A stretch of DNA of 64,000 nt, from assembly GCF_006345805.1 (NCBI RefSeq), contig NC_043004.1:32054001-32118000 (forward strand), given 5' to 3'. This DNA is from Octopus sinensis. Lineage: Eukaryota. Below, piece after piece: positions 13,684 to 28,114 of the stretch. Each line of letters opens with the position of its first letter. Within the stretch, counting starts at the first letter, position 1. The notes beneath the pieces were generated by a model. It saw only the letters and a program-made list of their open reading frames with translations, did not search any database and had not been told where the DNA came from. Both the position numbers and the translations under genes were made by a program.

Positions 13684-14010
13684 CTGTGTGGTAAGTAGCT
13701 TGCTTCCCAACTACATTCAGTCCCACTGCGTGGCACCTTGGGCAAGTGTCTTTTATAGCCGCGGACCGACCAAAGCATTACGAGTGGATATGGTAGACGG
13801 TAACTGGAGGAAGCTAGTCGTATGTGTGTCCATCGCTTGGCATCCGATGCTGGCGTTTATGCTCCCGTAACTTAGCGGTTAGTCAAAAGAGACCGATAGA
13901 ATAAGTTCTAGACTTACAAAGAATAAGTCCTGGGGTCGATTTCTTCGACTAACACCCATTAAGGCGGTGCTCCAGCATGATCGCAGTCAAATGACTGAAA
14001 CAAGTAAAAG
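13684..14010 (+). mobile_element. tRNA-derived SINE family B
   Basis: TGTGTGGTAAGTAGCTTGC...TCAGTCCCACTGCGTGGCACCTTGGGC...GCAGTCAAATGACTGAAACAAGTAAAAGA. Confidence 0.9.
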
Positions 14011-14143
14011 AATATATGCTAATTATGTTTAGTAAAATTACGGACATTTAAAAATTTACCACGCACCCAGAGATATTTCTTCCATTGAGTAAATTAGTGT
14101 TAGTGCATTCACAAGTGGAAACAAGGCGGCGAGCTGGCAGAAT

Positions 14144-14485
14144 GTAGTGAGCCAGAAGAAATGCCGAGTTCACTTTGTCTTCCATCCTTTTGGGATCAAT
14201 AAAATAACAGTCGACTACGGAGGTGGATGTAATCGACTATACACCTTCCTCTAAAAATTGCAAGCCTTGAGCCAAAATTTGAAACCGTTGTTGAATATTA
14301 CATTCAGACAACTTAAGGCAGCGAGCTAGCAGAATCATTAGCGTGCCGAACAAAATGCTTAGCGGTAGTTCTAGCGGATTTACGTTAAGTTCAAGTTGTG
14401 CCGACGTCAACTTTGCCCTTCGTCCTTTGGAGTAGATGTAATCGACTATATTCCTCGCAAAACATTTAAGACCTTGTGCCTAAAT
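14144..14485 (+). mobile_element. Two degraded SINE family A copies
   Basis: GGCGGCGAGCTGGCAGAA-type heads at about 14146 and 14317, each followed by a GATGTAATCGACT core. Confidence 0.8.
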
Positions 14486-14564
14486 ATAGACAAGATTATC
14501 CTGAAAACATACAGCTGTTAGAAGACATTTTCAGCCATCTGATATAAAATACATTTATAAAACA

Positions 14565-15061
14565 CTAGCAGTATCGCCCGGCGTTGCTCGGGTTTGTAAG
14601 GGAAATAACTATAAGCATTTTTAGAGAGTTACTGCCAATTCGGGCTTTCTTAGCCATTTCTGTTTTGGTGTCTTCAAGCCATGAAGTCGTTGTTCTAAAA
14701 GAACGCTGGTCTCCTTGACAACGCTTTACGACGTTGATTTCCTTACACTCCTTTCCCCACAGCTTCACGAGGGAGGGAAGAGGGGGGAGAAGCAACACAG
14801 GTGCAGGTGTGACCATGGACGCCAACTCCGCCGCCATCGACACACGAAAAATTATGCATTAAAATGGAATAAAAAATGTTAAATTATTTTTAAAATCGTA
14901 GACTCATCGTAGATGCGCGCTAATACCCAGACGGGCTCGATATGAATCACGACTATAAGATACCCGAATTTGGTTAAACTGCACCGCAAAATGTGGGAGT
15001 AGTTAGGAATCTAAATCGAAGGGGACAGACACTCACACAACTACAGTTTTATATATATAGA
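14565..15061 (-). mobile_element. Non-autonomous Helitron
   Basis: On the minus strand: A|TCTATATATATAAAA 5' end; 3' hairpin CCCGAGCAACGCCGGG followed by CTAG|T. Confidence 0.9.
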
Positions 15062-17848
15062 TTACATTTGGATTACTGTTTAAGGCAGTTTAATAAAATT
15101 GGGGGAGAGGGATGTGAAAATTCCACGTTTAAACATTCCAACAACGTACAGGAAGTGCGGGAAGGTCTCGAGTGAAACGCATTTGGACTAAGATTCATAA
15201 CAGTTGTCGCCTGGAGTCTCATATCTCGTGGCAAATGGAGGCAAAGATGTAAAAAATGATCTCCGGAAAAAATATTCAGAATCGTAATTTCTATTGTAGG
15301 CAAAGAATGGTGACCGGATGAATACTGCACTTTCCCTTTCCTATGAGGTATGGAACTTCAAAGGACGCATTTCTACAACTCCACTCGTATTGGATCAGCA
15401 ATTTGCTTAAACAAAGATGGTGTTTAATCACCTCAATTGGAAATTGCACAATTCGTTTAGTTAGTATTAATAAAAAAAAATAAAAAAAGCATGTAGAAAT
15501 TTTCCTTTTACAAAATATTACAATGTTAAATTTTTATTATTTACAAGAATTTTGTTTCCAAATACTCTTCCTATCGTTTATTCCAAGAAAATATTTTGCA
15601 GGCTATTCAAATCCGAGTTTGCGATCCACTAAATATAATTCTTTTAATGAGTCATTTGCATTAGTTTTTAAACCATTAATGTGAATTTAGTATTTCAGTT
15701 TCTCTTTTGTTCGTCAGCAGTAGAAAAATGTCAGGTTAAATCCATCCATGTCGAAGCAAGAAACTCGGGAGAGAAAAGCAATTACTGCAATAACTAATGG
15801 TCGTCAGTGATTAACTAGTCAAAGACCAAATAAAAGCTAAAAGGCCAAAAGTTCTTTAACAGAAGAGAAAATGGTAAAAAATCCATATTTCATTCTTAAA
15901 TGATCTGACGCAACCATATCCTCCTCCCACGAGAGCTCACAAAGCTTGAATGAGAAAGAAAGAAAAGAAAACTCGGCCGCTGAACAAAATGACGCTAGCT
16001 GCTAATTGACAAAGTGAAAGTGGAGTCACTCAAAGCGTTTTTACATTTACACGAAGAGAAACAACACTGCTTTTGAGTGATCTTCAATACGAGTTGTCTA
16101 CTTTAATTGCCAAACTGCTGCTATTAAGACCTCGCAAGTTAACTTTAAACAGGTCTCCTATCTATCCCACTACGTTTTTCTCCTAGGAAAATTTATCAAG
16201 TTCCATTTATTCTTAGCCCCAATCTAATGTTATCGCCTGCTTCCAATTACTTTATAAAAAGGCAATCCCATTCGTTGGAACATTTTAATCAAAAGAGATT
16301 CGCCAACGAGTTTAAACATTTTGTACAACAGACTGTTTAGTCCCAAATCGACGACCACCAAACGAAATGGCAGTTTGACAAAGTGGGGCTCTAATACTCG
16401 AAGTTCGCCTTATTGTGATTTTTTAGTTTAGTATGCCACATTAATTTCCTTAAAGATTAGTTGGTGGCCGTGGAATATTCTTTTGACGCAGTGCTGCAGT
16501 CACTTTGCCAAAGTTTTGAATATCAAAAGAATCAACGAATCAAGATTTGTCCTATTTTTTTTTCCGCTTGAGAAAAATTAACCCGAGGCAAATAAAATGC
16601 GATAATGAAAGCATTAACTTTCAATTTTCTCAAACAAAATACTAAGCTGAATATGTATTCAATAAATAAATAAATAAAAAACGCATGCGAAACAATGACA
16701 AATTGTGTATCATGGGGCGGGTTCAATATACCTTGATACCATTTGGAGATGCTCGAAATGTAAAGCGTTTTCAGTGAATTTCAGACATTTCCAAAAGACC
16801 CACGGTTATATTTTCCGATTATTTTTCGATTTTTTAACCTTTTGTTTCAGTCATTAAACTGCGGCCATGCTGGGGTACCACCTTGAGTTTTTAGTCGAAT
16901 GTAACGACCCCAGAACTTTAAATTCCAGAACTCAACCATCGCATGAAGTTAAGCCTAGAAGGTATTTGATTTTGATTTTTCCAGTTTCAGCTCATGAGCT
17001 GTGGCCATGCTGGGGCCTCCACATGCTAGAAATAAAAGCCAAATATCTTGAAATTTTTTTATAATCCATTTTATTTTGTAAAAATCTGTCATTGGACTGC
17101 GGCCATGCTGGGGCACCAGCTTGGACTTTTGGTCGGAAGAAAAAAATCAGCATTTTAAAATTTAAAGTTTGTTTTCTTTTCTCAGCACTTACAGATAATG
17201 AGAATAAGTTGACCTTTTGAATTTTCTCCGGCCGATGAAGGTCTAACAGAATTATGGCGCCGAATGCTAGTCATTCAAACGTACTTATCGTTTTTGTTTC
17301 TACACATTTCTAGAAGTAAATGTTTTCCCTTTTGTTAGAATTCAGACAATATGTACATTGAGTAGTAAAGAGTCTGTTCAATTATTCTATTATTGATGTT
17401 ACGGTTGATTTATTTTCAAGCTTTAAAATTCTAAAAACGAGAAAAAATAATTGAAGCACAGGGAACATAGCATTGTGAGGGACAGCTGCTTTGACACTGT
17501 TTTTCAATTGACTATTTTGTTTAATAGGAATTTTGGAAAATCTTTTACAATTGCGATTTCCGTTTTTGTTTGCGTAACAAAGAAACTGTGTGCTAATTGA
17601 AAATTTAAAGATTCTGGGATCGATACATTCGACTGAAAATTCAAGGCTGCAGTCCAATGAATGAAACAAGTAAAACGATTGGAAAATAACCAAAAAATAG
17701 AACCGAGTTATGAAAAGAGATTTGGCCGTTATTTCTAGCATGTTCGCGAGACCGTCTAGGCCTAACTTCATGCGCTGATTGAAAATCTAAAAAATTCTGG
17801 GGTCGATAGTCAACTGAAAATTCTAAAACGAAAAATATAACAGATCCC

Positions 17849-18186
17849 GGATCTTTTTTTTTTTTTTCATAATTGTTAACTTAATTTAAGGATAACAATT
17901 TACACACGTAAATTAATTTAACAATTAAGAAAAAAAATTTAGGGTTAGGGTTAGTGACAGTATGTCTCAGTTTTAGACGCAGCAAATGATTTTAGCTAAA
18001 TTAGAGGCGATTCATTGGTTAAAATTCGAAAAATTAAACTACGTTAAACAAACGAATTACAATTTTCTCAAGAAAGGCAAGAGAAAAAATGTTTTATTTT
18101 GACACATTCTACCAGTATACGAAGTTTTAAAGTGTTTAGTTAACTAGAAATTGTGTTGACATGTGCCGTTCAAAAGGAAAAGATCC
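17849..18186. mobile_element. MITE with GGATC termini, 8-bp TSD (Merlin-like) and internal TTAGGG repeats
   Basis: Exact TSD CAGATCCC on both sides; GGATCTTTT...AAAAGATCC termini; homologous to 33167-33583. Confidence 0.85.
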
Positions 18187-19732
18187 CAGATCCCTTTTCA
18201 AGACGGTGTTTAAATTTATTGATAAACGTCTATGTAAACTAAAATGGTTTCTTTTCCTTTTATAATTCAATACATTTTTTCCTTGCTTGGTTCTCTTCCT
18301 TCAAGATATTTATCAGTATTCATTGAAAAAGAATTGGCTGTTATTTTTTAGTACTGAAAATTTTTTAAAAATCGGTATGTAAAAGGTTTTCACTATTTTT
18401 GTACATTTTATATTTTTAACATTAAGTGGTTTTTGAAGCGAGTTTCCTGAGAGAAAAAGAAAAGAAAAACAATTGTCACGTGTCGAATGATGACATTCAC
18501 AAATTAACACCAGCCAAGTGTTTTAAGAACCAATCATTCATAGAATTGCTAGGGTAGCATAGTGCAAAATTTTGCCGAAAGGATGACTTAAAAAAAAAAA
18601 ATTGAAGTCGTTTAATGCGAACGGGATAAAACCACATCAGTTACAGATTGGTGCACGTCCATGAAAATTAATGATGCTATTGGTATCAAATAGTTATCGG
18701 TGGAATCATTGTAGATATTTCCACAAAGTGTGCAAGAGACCAATGGAGACTGTCAGTCAAGATAAGACAGCAAAAAACATTTCCTTGGGCAAATGCCAAG
18801 GCAGAAGAGCAGACACTGCTCAATATTATAAGTAGACCAAAAACCGAGCAATTTTCATTTGACTGACCATTCCACACCGCTTTACAGGGAAGCACAGTGA
18901 GAATTTGGTCAATCCCAGTAAATATTTAAAGCCCACGCGGGTATTGAATACCTTTGGTTCTCTACCAAGGAAGAATTGAATATCAAGACTTTTTCAAAAG
19001 TTAACTGAATGATTTTGAGTAATGGTGGTTCAAAGATACATGAGCATGGTAGTTATTCAACATTTGAAAAGATTAAGGTTGCTATTCGTGAACAAAGCTC
19101 TACGATTGAGTGATACATTCGCTATTCTCTAGTACTGAAATTAGATTTGTTGAAAAAGTCGATGGTCGAATAGGGACTTAAAATAATTCAAAATTACTAT
19201 TGTCTTCAATACAGAAAGTTAACTGAAATGAAAGCTGTTTACGTTCACAGGTGCGCTGACTGTTTTCCTTATAACTTCCAGAAATATGGGTTTTTTTAAT
19301 GAAATTTTCTATAAATACATTACACAGTGTTATGTTACGATTATATCGGAGTTTGATGTGAGAAGAAAAAAAAAACAGCAGGCTCGCACATTAACACATC
19401 ACAAAATGTAACTTGAAATTACAAAAAAATAATTGTGATGCGTGTCAATATGTATAACTGCACCCCATATTAAATTCCGAGCTAACTAATCTACACCATC
19501 TGAAAAATATTTGTAGAAAATTTCACAAAATATCCATTTTTATGAAGGATATGAGGAAACAAAGCCGGCTTGCGAATTTTTAGAAACTCCTAACACGGAG
19601 AAAAAAATTTTTTCCGCAACATTCTAAAATCTGCATCATCTGAAGCACATTTGAGAAAGAAAATTGCATTAAAAATATCCATTCTTCTGGAAGTTATGAG
19701 AAAACAAAGTCGGGGGGAGCACACTTACTGAT

Positions 19733-19951
19733 CAATATAGACCTTCACCTGGGAACAAAGAAAAAAAAAGTCTAGGGGGTGTTAAGTGTGGAAAACGAAT
19801 GTGAAAACGCGCACTGACGTCCCTGGGGGTGGGGAGGAGACTTTCGGAAAATTCACACGATCCGATTTTTTTTACGGAATCCCACGTTTTTGGTTATGGA
19901 GGATCCGATTCCGAAAAAAATTTTCCGAACAAAATTTCAATTCCCCATCCC

Positions 19952-19988
<37 letters not shown>

Positions 19989-21226
19989 GAAATACGTAGA
20001 AAAAGAAGATTACGATTCGGGAAAAAAATTGGTTTGTAAAATATCAATTTTTCAAAAAATAAAAAATATAGGCGCAGGAGTGAGTGTGTGGTAAGTAGCG
20101 TGCTTACCAACCACATAGTTCCGAGTTCAGTCCCACTGCGTGGCACCTTGGGCAAGTGTCTAATATAGCCTAGTACTAGATCAGACCAAAGCCTTGTGAA
20201 TGGATTTGGTAGACGGAAACTGAAAGAAGTCCGTCGTATATATTTTTATGTTTGTGTATCGGTTTTTGTCCCCCTACCATCGCTTGACAATCGATGTTGG
20301 TGTGATTTCATCCCCGTAACTCAGCGGTTCGGCAAAAGAGACCGATAGAATAAGTACTAGGCTTACAAAGAATAAGTCCTGGGGTCGATTTGTTCGACTA
20401 CAGGCGGTGCTCCAGCATGGCTGCAGTCAAATGACAAAATATATATACCCTCAGGCCTTAAAGCAGGCTATCCACATGCTAGAAATAACAGCCAAATCTC
20501 ACAAAACTGCGGTCACAATGTAATCTACTCACCTTTCTACAAAAATTTCTTTGAGTAATTTCCCGCAGTAATATGACAAAGTAATTCATGTGAAATTAAA
20601 GTTTTTTTTTAAGCTTAAAATTTCCCCCCCAATCAATCTACGTGGGAGAAAATATGGAATAAAATAATACAAATTTTTTTATGAAAAACTCCGGCCCAAA
20701 ATCTCCCAGCCATCCCGCTGTCTAAATGTGAAAAGTGAACGGTTGTTTTGTCTGTTTTTGTATGCGTTCTAGTAAAAGGATAACAGCAGGGCCCGGTCAC
20801 TAAAATGAAAAAAAGGCTAATGGGTGTAAACAAAAAATGTGTAGAAAACGAATATGAAAACTAAAAGGGCCACATTTCGGAGTATACGGATTAAAACAAA
20901 TTTTTTTTCATAATCGTAATCTTATTTTTCTACGCATTTCGCAAAAAAAAAAAAAAAAAAAAAAAATGGGAGGTGGGTAATTGAAATTTTTGAAAATGCG
21001 TTCTTTGAAAACTTTTTTCCGGAATCGGATCCTCAATAACCAAAAACGTGGGATTCCGGTAAAAAAATATCAATTTTACCGGAAGTTATGACGGAAAAAT
21101 CGAATCTTGTGAATATTCCGAAAGTCCCCTCCCCACCAGGGTCGTCAATGCGCATTTTTTTCTTATTCGTTTTCCACACAGGTTAGTTTTTTATTTTTTT
21201 GTTCTCGGGTGAAGGTCTTTATATTG
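19733..21226. mobile_element. Long inverted-repeat (fold-back) element with about 330-bp arms and a SINE B inside
   Basis: 19733-20060 is a diverged reverse complement of about 20890-21226 (for example GGAATCCCACGTTTTTGGTTAT / ATAACCAAAAACGTGGGATTCC). Confidence 0.8.
20071..20435 (+). mobile_element. tRNA-derived SINE family B
   Basis: Full head GGCGCAGGAGTGAGTGTGTGGTAAG, B-box-like GAGTTCAGTCCC and the family tail. Confidence 0.92.
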
Positions 21227-23369
21227 GACCCACTTGTCTAGGTATGCCCAATTTTACTCTAATAAAAAAAATATTGACTAACTTCTGTTCTACCTCACTA
21301 TAAAACTGAGCCCACTTCGATCTACTAAAAATTGCGGCCGAATTCTTATTCCCATTTTAAATACGCACAAAATTACAACTCAATTGCAACAGTAGATCAC
21401 TTTTAAAATAGTCAAACTGGAGTTGCACTCAATTCCAGGATTAATTATGAAGGTCGTCTCGTAAGATGAGCAGGTCAGTGTTGACAAGTCCAATGTAAGG
21501 AGAAAAAACTGCGCACGGTATATCCCAGCATTTACAAAATTACGTTTTTATAAAATTAGATATATAAAATATTCATGCTCAGCTCTTATCCGTCTATCAT
21601 CTAGTATTTATCTTAGTTTTAAAATTACCCCAAAACTGATAAGAAATTTACAGCTACTGTAATTGCACTTCTTTTGTTATTTAAATACATTTCGTTTGCA
21701 TTTGAACTGTAGAAGGTTTGTTTCCTTATTTCTTAAAATGCAACCATTTCATACAATTCTAACGCAATCGAAATTAAAATGTTCTGCAGTTGTAAGCTCC
21801 CACCCAAATCTCATTTATGGAAAAAAAAAAAAAAAATCAATTTTTTCTTTTTATTTCAATTGATTTTTATTTATTTTGCAGATAATAAATCTGATGTTCA
21901 AAAGAAATCGGAATACGGTTTATTAATAGGTATACTAATAAAAAAACATTTTTTTATATAAAAAAAAAAAGGAAAAAAGAAACTTGACACGTGCTCCTTT
22001 TCAATTTAAGACCAGCTTTATGGTCTAAAAAGAAAAAAAAAACGAAAAGTAGATGAGAAAAGGACGAGAGCGGCCCAACTCACACGCTGTCCGAAGTTAG
22101 CGATCTAGAACTTTCCATCCAGGCAAGTATCGTTGCCAAAGATCAAATTAAAATATTTTACTTTTAAGTATCTGAGAGCCGCAAGAACAATTCGATGTAG
22201 GATAGGTGACTGATAATTATATGACCTTCATGCCTTTCTTTAAAAAGATATTGCAACCCAAAGGGGCGGGTTTGAAAACAGGTACTTGCTCGTTAGAAAA
22301 GTGATACTTCTGAGCTATCGAATTAGTGCGCGGTTTTAAATTAAGTCCTCTGAAATTGAATTGTGTTCGATTTCGACATTATTTTGATTATTTAGATAAG
22401 TGGTTAAATTTTATATATCTGGTTCGGTTTTATAAAAAATTTTAAAAGCCGAAAGAAATGAGAATACAATAAATATTTTACAAATGAGGAGCAAGGCACA
22501 AATGTCGCAACACCCACACTCTTCTCCTCATTATTCATACGAAGAGTGTAAAGGATTAATTTACTAGCCATAATTATATACAGCCCTTTCCTCCAAAAGC
22601 CATGAAAAACTAGCTCCAGCCCTAGAACACATGATTAAGGGACAGAAACTGTTCCGTATTAATGTAGGAGTGGGAGGTGCCGCGTATAAAAAAGATTCAA
22701 GACAAAGGCTTTGAGGGAAGGAGTGGACATGTGAGAAAAGGCCAGAGCGAGACTTATGGCCCTTCAGTATAGAATCATCTGAGGGACTTCATAAAAAGGG
22801 ATAAGCTCTTTCAGAATAAATTTCGAGTATGATTATTTACATTAATACTCGTTGAAAAGACATGTCACAGTTTGCTATTTCCTCCTATAAAATTATTAAA
22901 CTTCATGTTGTGAGGAGTTTCTATGTATACAATAAATATAAAGAGAAGCGGCACAAGAAAAGGGGGAGAAAAAAAAAAAGAAATTATACTTCTATCTTTC
23001 CTGTAGAAAAAAAATTGGCTGAGCTGAATTCAATTAATAGCGGCCTTTACAAAATGATAGTACTGATACTTAGAAAAAAAATTCTTTTTCCTTCAAATAT
23101 GCTCACTCTTTATGAAAGGGATTTTGAATTCTACAGAGAAATTGTATAATACGACGTGAGCGAGTAGGGCTTATATAACTATAAATGTCTTTTCAATGAC
23201 GCCTCCATAAAATTATTAAATACAAACAAGCTAGCTTATAGGAAAGTTTTTTTTAAAAAAAACGCGAAATTTAATAGCAATATATAAAACATATATATAT
23301 AATTAAAATAGGATAACTTAAAGAAAAAAATGACAATTAGAGAATAATAAAAATAGAAGTGAATTTTAC

Positions 23370-23484
23370 CTGAGAGAACAAGGTAAGACGAGGTCTGCAA
23401 ACGGATTGAATAAGAGAACCGGCAACGGATACTACGTCTCACAGGTCTAACAATGTGCACTCGGTGCGACACGTGATATATATA
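23370..23484 (-). promoter_or_regulatory. TATA box + Inr + ATG-free first exon ending CAG|GTAAAA; candidate 5'UTR exon of the peroxiredoxin
   Basis: TATATATA starts at 23484, the CA+1TTG initiator A is at 23454 (30 nt downstream), E-box CACGTG is adjacent, donor at 23369. The link to Prx is inferred. Confidence 0.6.
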
Positions 23485-23559
23485 GGCAGAAGTGGGGTTG
23501 TTACAAAAGTACCACTGGCTTCACAAACGAAATACGGATATGCTATGACCAAGTCTTTT

Positions 23560-24200
23560 TGAATTTAAAAGAAATTTATATTATATTTTACTTTCATTTT
23601 TATTTTTTAATTCATCTTTTTATCTATATTTTTATTTGCTAATTTTTTTCTCTACTAGCTTTCTACCCTTCCTTATTCTTTAGCTTTCCTATTGTACTAG
23701 ATTTCTTTAACTAATTATTTTCCATTCCTATTCGATCTGTATTGTTTTCTTTATATTTCTCTCTTCTCTAGCTTTCTCCATCTTCCTCTCATCTATCTTT
23801 GCTATTATTTCATTAATTTTATAATTTTTCATTCGTGCATTTCGGTTCGTTTTTTTGTTATTCATTGACATTTTTCAAAAAATGTTTCTCTTTGTTTTTT
23901 TTTCCTTTTTCTCTTTTGTCTTTTCCATCTCAATTATTTTCTTCTTTTATTTTCGTTCAATCTTGTTCGTGTTTATATTCTTTTTTTTTTATTTTTTTGT
24001 TTTTATTTGTTTTTGCTTTTCTTTTTCGAATCCTTCCTTGTTTTTCGTTCATTCTCTTTCCAATCGCTGTATTGATTCTTTCACCTTCAAGTCATTCATT
24101 TTCATTCAATCTTTCTCGTTTTGTTTTTTGATTACTTTTCAATTATTTTCTTTTTTGTCTTTATTATTTGCTGCTCCTATTTTTATTCTTTATCTTTTCA
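23560..24200. repeat. T/pyrimidine-rich low-complexity tract
   Basis: Base composition; the Phe-rich ORFs are artefacts. Confidence 0.85.
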
Positions 24201-24999
24201 TACGATTATATATGTAAACGGCACTGGTTAATTAATCAACAAGATCAAAAATTCATATTTATTTTTCCATTAATGCATATAGATAATGCAAATAAAAGTA
24301 TTCTTAGCTCAAAAATGATATTAATTACTTGGAATAAAAGAAATGACAACGTGATAGCAAATTGACAAAAGAGAAAAAATATCTCTAGCGTCCTCGTAAT
24401 GTTATTATATTTAATGTCGTCAGAATTGCGTGTTTTACATGCTAATTGAGCCTAATTCTAATGGATCGCTATTCATCAGAATAAGCCAAGCTTTGACGTC
24501 TTTGGATGTTTAGGCTTGGCTCATTCAGTTTTATATTTTCAAATGCTTTTTGTTGTCGGGCAAATAGGACACCACGTTTGCGAAGTGATGAAAGCTATGA
24601 TATACTGTTTCGATAGGGATCAATATATCTCCCATACAAATTGACATGTCTGAAAACATATTTTAATTGCTTTTGATTTATTGATGATTTTTTACATCCA
24701 TTATTCTCATTGCTAAATGATAATCTAGCGATACATCCTCTTTTATCTTCATCCTTCAAGCAACAATTCAATAATCTCCAAGGTATACTTAGCTCTCTTG
24801 AGTCCCAACATTTGATAGTTCCAACATTTTTATGACAGTTTCTACCTTGATATGTTTATTTTAAACAGTTCTAACTGCAATGCTGTCTCCATCTTGATAA
24901 ATAGTAACATGATCCATGTCATTTCCAACAAATATTTGCAACATTTGTGAGACATCTAGATTGTATGTAAAGGACGCCTCCGTGCATTATACGATCTTT

Positions 25000-26778
25000 A
25001 AGGTATCCCTTCCTCCAAGACTACAACCAATCCTAAAAGAATCTTTTCCAACTTTGCGGAGTCCTCTTTTTCTCCTATTCTAAACAATGATGGCTCTAAA
25101 TGCAATAACCATATGGAGAAAGCTTCCATCTTCGCCGCCTGCTCTTCAGCTAACTTCACAATACCCAAACTAAGCCGCTCCAAATCTTGCTCGTTCCACT
25201 CCACCAGGCTCCTCACCCTGTACACACACGCCAAGTGTGGAAATACTCCCGGATGCTTCAAACAGACTAGGCCTCTGGCTCTGACATTGTCTCTTTTAGT
25301 TCATTCGAGCGCTGTATCGCAGAACTTGCTCATATACTTACCAAACTAATTAATATCTCGCTCTTTACGGAAATATACCCTGGCATTTGGAAGCACGATT
25401 CAGATCAAAGAAAACCAACCCTTATGACCCAGTCAACTGGGACCTTTTTGCTCTCATCTCAAATATCTCTAAAAGTAATAGTGACAGCCATGAAAGCTGA
25501 CCTTCTCACGCCTCGATCCCTCTCAGTGATCACCAGTACGACTTCAGTAGAGCCAGATCCACTGGCGATCAACTCTCTAATGTCATTCACCAGTGGGCTC
25601 TTCCTTTAGAGAAGTTCGGTGAAAACAACGATGTTGCCCTAGACATCAGCAAAGCCTTCAACTGTATCTGGCATTCAAATATCTCCCACTAAAACCTCTC
25701 GCCTTCGGTCTCAATCCATCTCTCAACTCTCTCTGATCGCACTATCAAAGCATAAATTGACAGAATCTTTCTGCTCCAGTCTCAATTCATTCTCATTTCC
25801 CCCAGGTTTTCGTTTTGGCTCTACTCTCTTCCTACTTACATCTAACAACGCCCATTCTTATGCAGACAACACAACCCCTCATTCCTCCCTAACTTACTCT
25901 AAACATGCATCATCCAAACACAATGACAAATCTACATCGATTCTTTAAGTAGAAGTTTTGAGAAAATCTTTCAGTAGATCCATGCCATCCTTGTATCTTT
26001 TAACTGCAAAAATCTTAAGCAATACTCATATCAAGAAAAATATAACTGCCTCACACTTCCACCGAATGTGAGCATCTCTCAGTGAGAGCTTTCATAGTCA
26101 CTCCAAATGAGAGACCCCCCAATCACTAAGGATTTCTCCAAGCAAAGGCACATCTTAGCATAGCTTGGACCGCATCCCCAAAATTGACCCTTCTCTTCAG
26201 GGTCAGCAAATATTTCAACACCCAGCATCATCAAGACACAATGACAAACCTACATTGATTCTATAAGCGAACGTCTTGAGAAAATGAAGTGATTCCATAA
26301 CAGAGCACTGCTCCCACATCTGGCACAATGCTACTACGCACACAACCATCCCTGGGTTGCATCCAGGGAAGGGCTGCTTGACTAATTGAAATTTAATTAC
26401 TAATGGACACACGCCAGCCTCTAACCCACAAACATGTTGATTTTCCTCTCTCTCTTTTATTGCTACTATAATGGCCTCTGTTCCTATGAGATAGCTGATC
26501 TCGTACCTCCACCACTCAAGCAATCTCGATCCAGTCGTCATTCTACTCCTCATCACTTCTGGTGCATCCAATCCCATTGGTCCCACACTAACCATTACAC
26601 CCAGTCCTTTCGTCGCAGAACATCAGCCTTCTGGAATCTTCCTGCTCATGTCTTTCTGCAGGTGTTGAACTGCTACAGTTTAAACGGAACATTAACAGCA
26701 TCAAGATCTGTCTTGGGGATGAGGTGCTACATAGGTTATGGGCAATACCCCTACCTCTAGATTAAACAAGTAAAAAAT
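25000..26778 (+). mobile_element. Decayed non-LTR retrotransposon (CR1/Jockey-group) RT and C-terminus
   Basis: Frameshifted motifs EKASIFA, FGENNDVALDISKAFNCIWH, GSTLFLL...SYADNTT and LSLFYCYYNGLCSYEIADLVPP...TSAFWNLPAHVF. Confidence 0.9.
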
Positions 26779-27733
26779 ATATTCATTTACCCTCTGAACT
26801 GTGGCGGCTCGTGTATTGGCACTGCGGGACTGCAGCACCCCCTATTTGCACTCGATATTATCGATAGCATTCAATATAATGAGTCCTTTTTTCTTTAATT
26901 CTTTCTATATACTTGTACATCATATAATCCTTAAGTTTAATGTCAGTAGCCATCATCTAGTTTATGAAAAAAATACAAAAATCCTTGTATAGAACAGTGC
27001 CCTTCACAGTTCCAGCGATGCGGTGTTTGGCTGTTGTGCGCATGCTCACATGTCCGAGGGAGAAAGAGCACTGCGTGAGCGACAGTGCCGACCCCGGTGC
27101 TCTGGTGGAAGGTAGTGTTTCTTTTTGACTCCATGTGTATTGTGTTTAAAAACGCGTTTATATTCTTGAATGTGATAAAATGTAGAATTGAATTATTATC
27201 CTGCTTCCAGATTCAGTACTGCTGCCAGGATTTGAAAAATAGGACACATTCCCCCTCACCTATTTTATGATTTAGGGGGAAGTTTTGAAAAACAAGGGGG
27301 AATTCGCGGCGGTGTTCAGTGAACAAATTAAACACTACCCGGCAGTGGATAAAAGTGAACCGATCAATTTTATGCATAAATTTTCTTTTTATATATTTAT
27401 TTCCTTTTACACAATATTAAAGCAACTTTATCTTTATTGCCCACAGACGGTTAAATATAGAGGGGACAATACGTAAACAAACAGGACGGTACAATGAAAG
27501 TGGGGACACAAAAACGGATGGAAGGATGTATGAAAATAAAATAAAATGAGTAATGAAATGATGACACTCGACCCCACGTCCGGCCGCCTTCATTTAACCT
27601 TCCAAACATACTTTTTTCTTTTTTTAAAAAGAAATTTAAACTGTTAAACATTGTAAAATGTTTATATTAAAGTTTTCTTTTAATTTCAATAGACTCACCA
27701 TTGTGGGCATTCTTTACTACGTATTTAACCTAT

Positions 27734-28114
27734 GTGGAGGCGCAATGGCCCAGTGGTTAGGGCAGCGGACTCGCGGTCATAGGATCGCGGTTTCGATTCC
27801 CAGACCGGGCGTTGTGAGTGTTTATTGAGCGAAAACACCTAAAGCTCCACGAGGCTCCGGCAGGGGATGGTGGTGATCCCTGCTGTACTCTTTCACCACA
27901 ACTTTCTCTCACTCTTACTTCCTGTTTCTGTTGTACCTGTATTTCAAAGGGCCGGCCTTGTCACTCTGTGTCACGCTGAATATCCCCGAGAACTACGTTA
28001 AGGGTACACGTGTCTGTGGAGTGCTCAGCCACTTACACGTTAATTTCACGAGCAGGCTGTTCCGTTGATTCGGATCAACCGGAACCCTCGTCGTCGTAAC
28101 CGACGGAGTGCTTC
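27734..28114 (+). mobile_element. Intact tRNA-derived SINE family C with 12-bp TSD
   Basis: A-box TGGCCCAGTGG, B-box GTTTCGATTCC, TSD TATTTAACCTAT at 27722-27733 and 28115-28126. Confidence 0.93.

Noticed and set aside
17228-17272. Hammerhead remnant CCGATGA...GAATGCTAGTC
   Set aside because: Two core mismatches and no stem I.
18560-19200. Very old Tc1/mariner transposase
   Set aside because: Only vague motif echoes, no intact catalytic motif or TIR.
27734-27810. tRNA gene
   Set aside because: A and B boxes are present, but the sequence continues into a 380-bp body with a TSD, so it is a SINE head.
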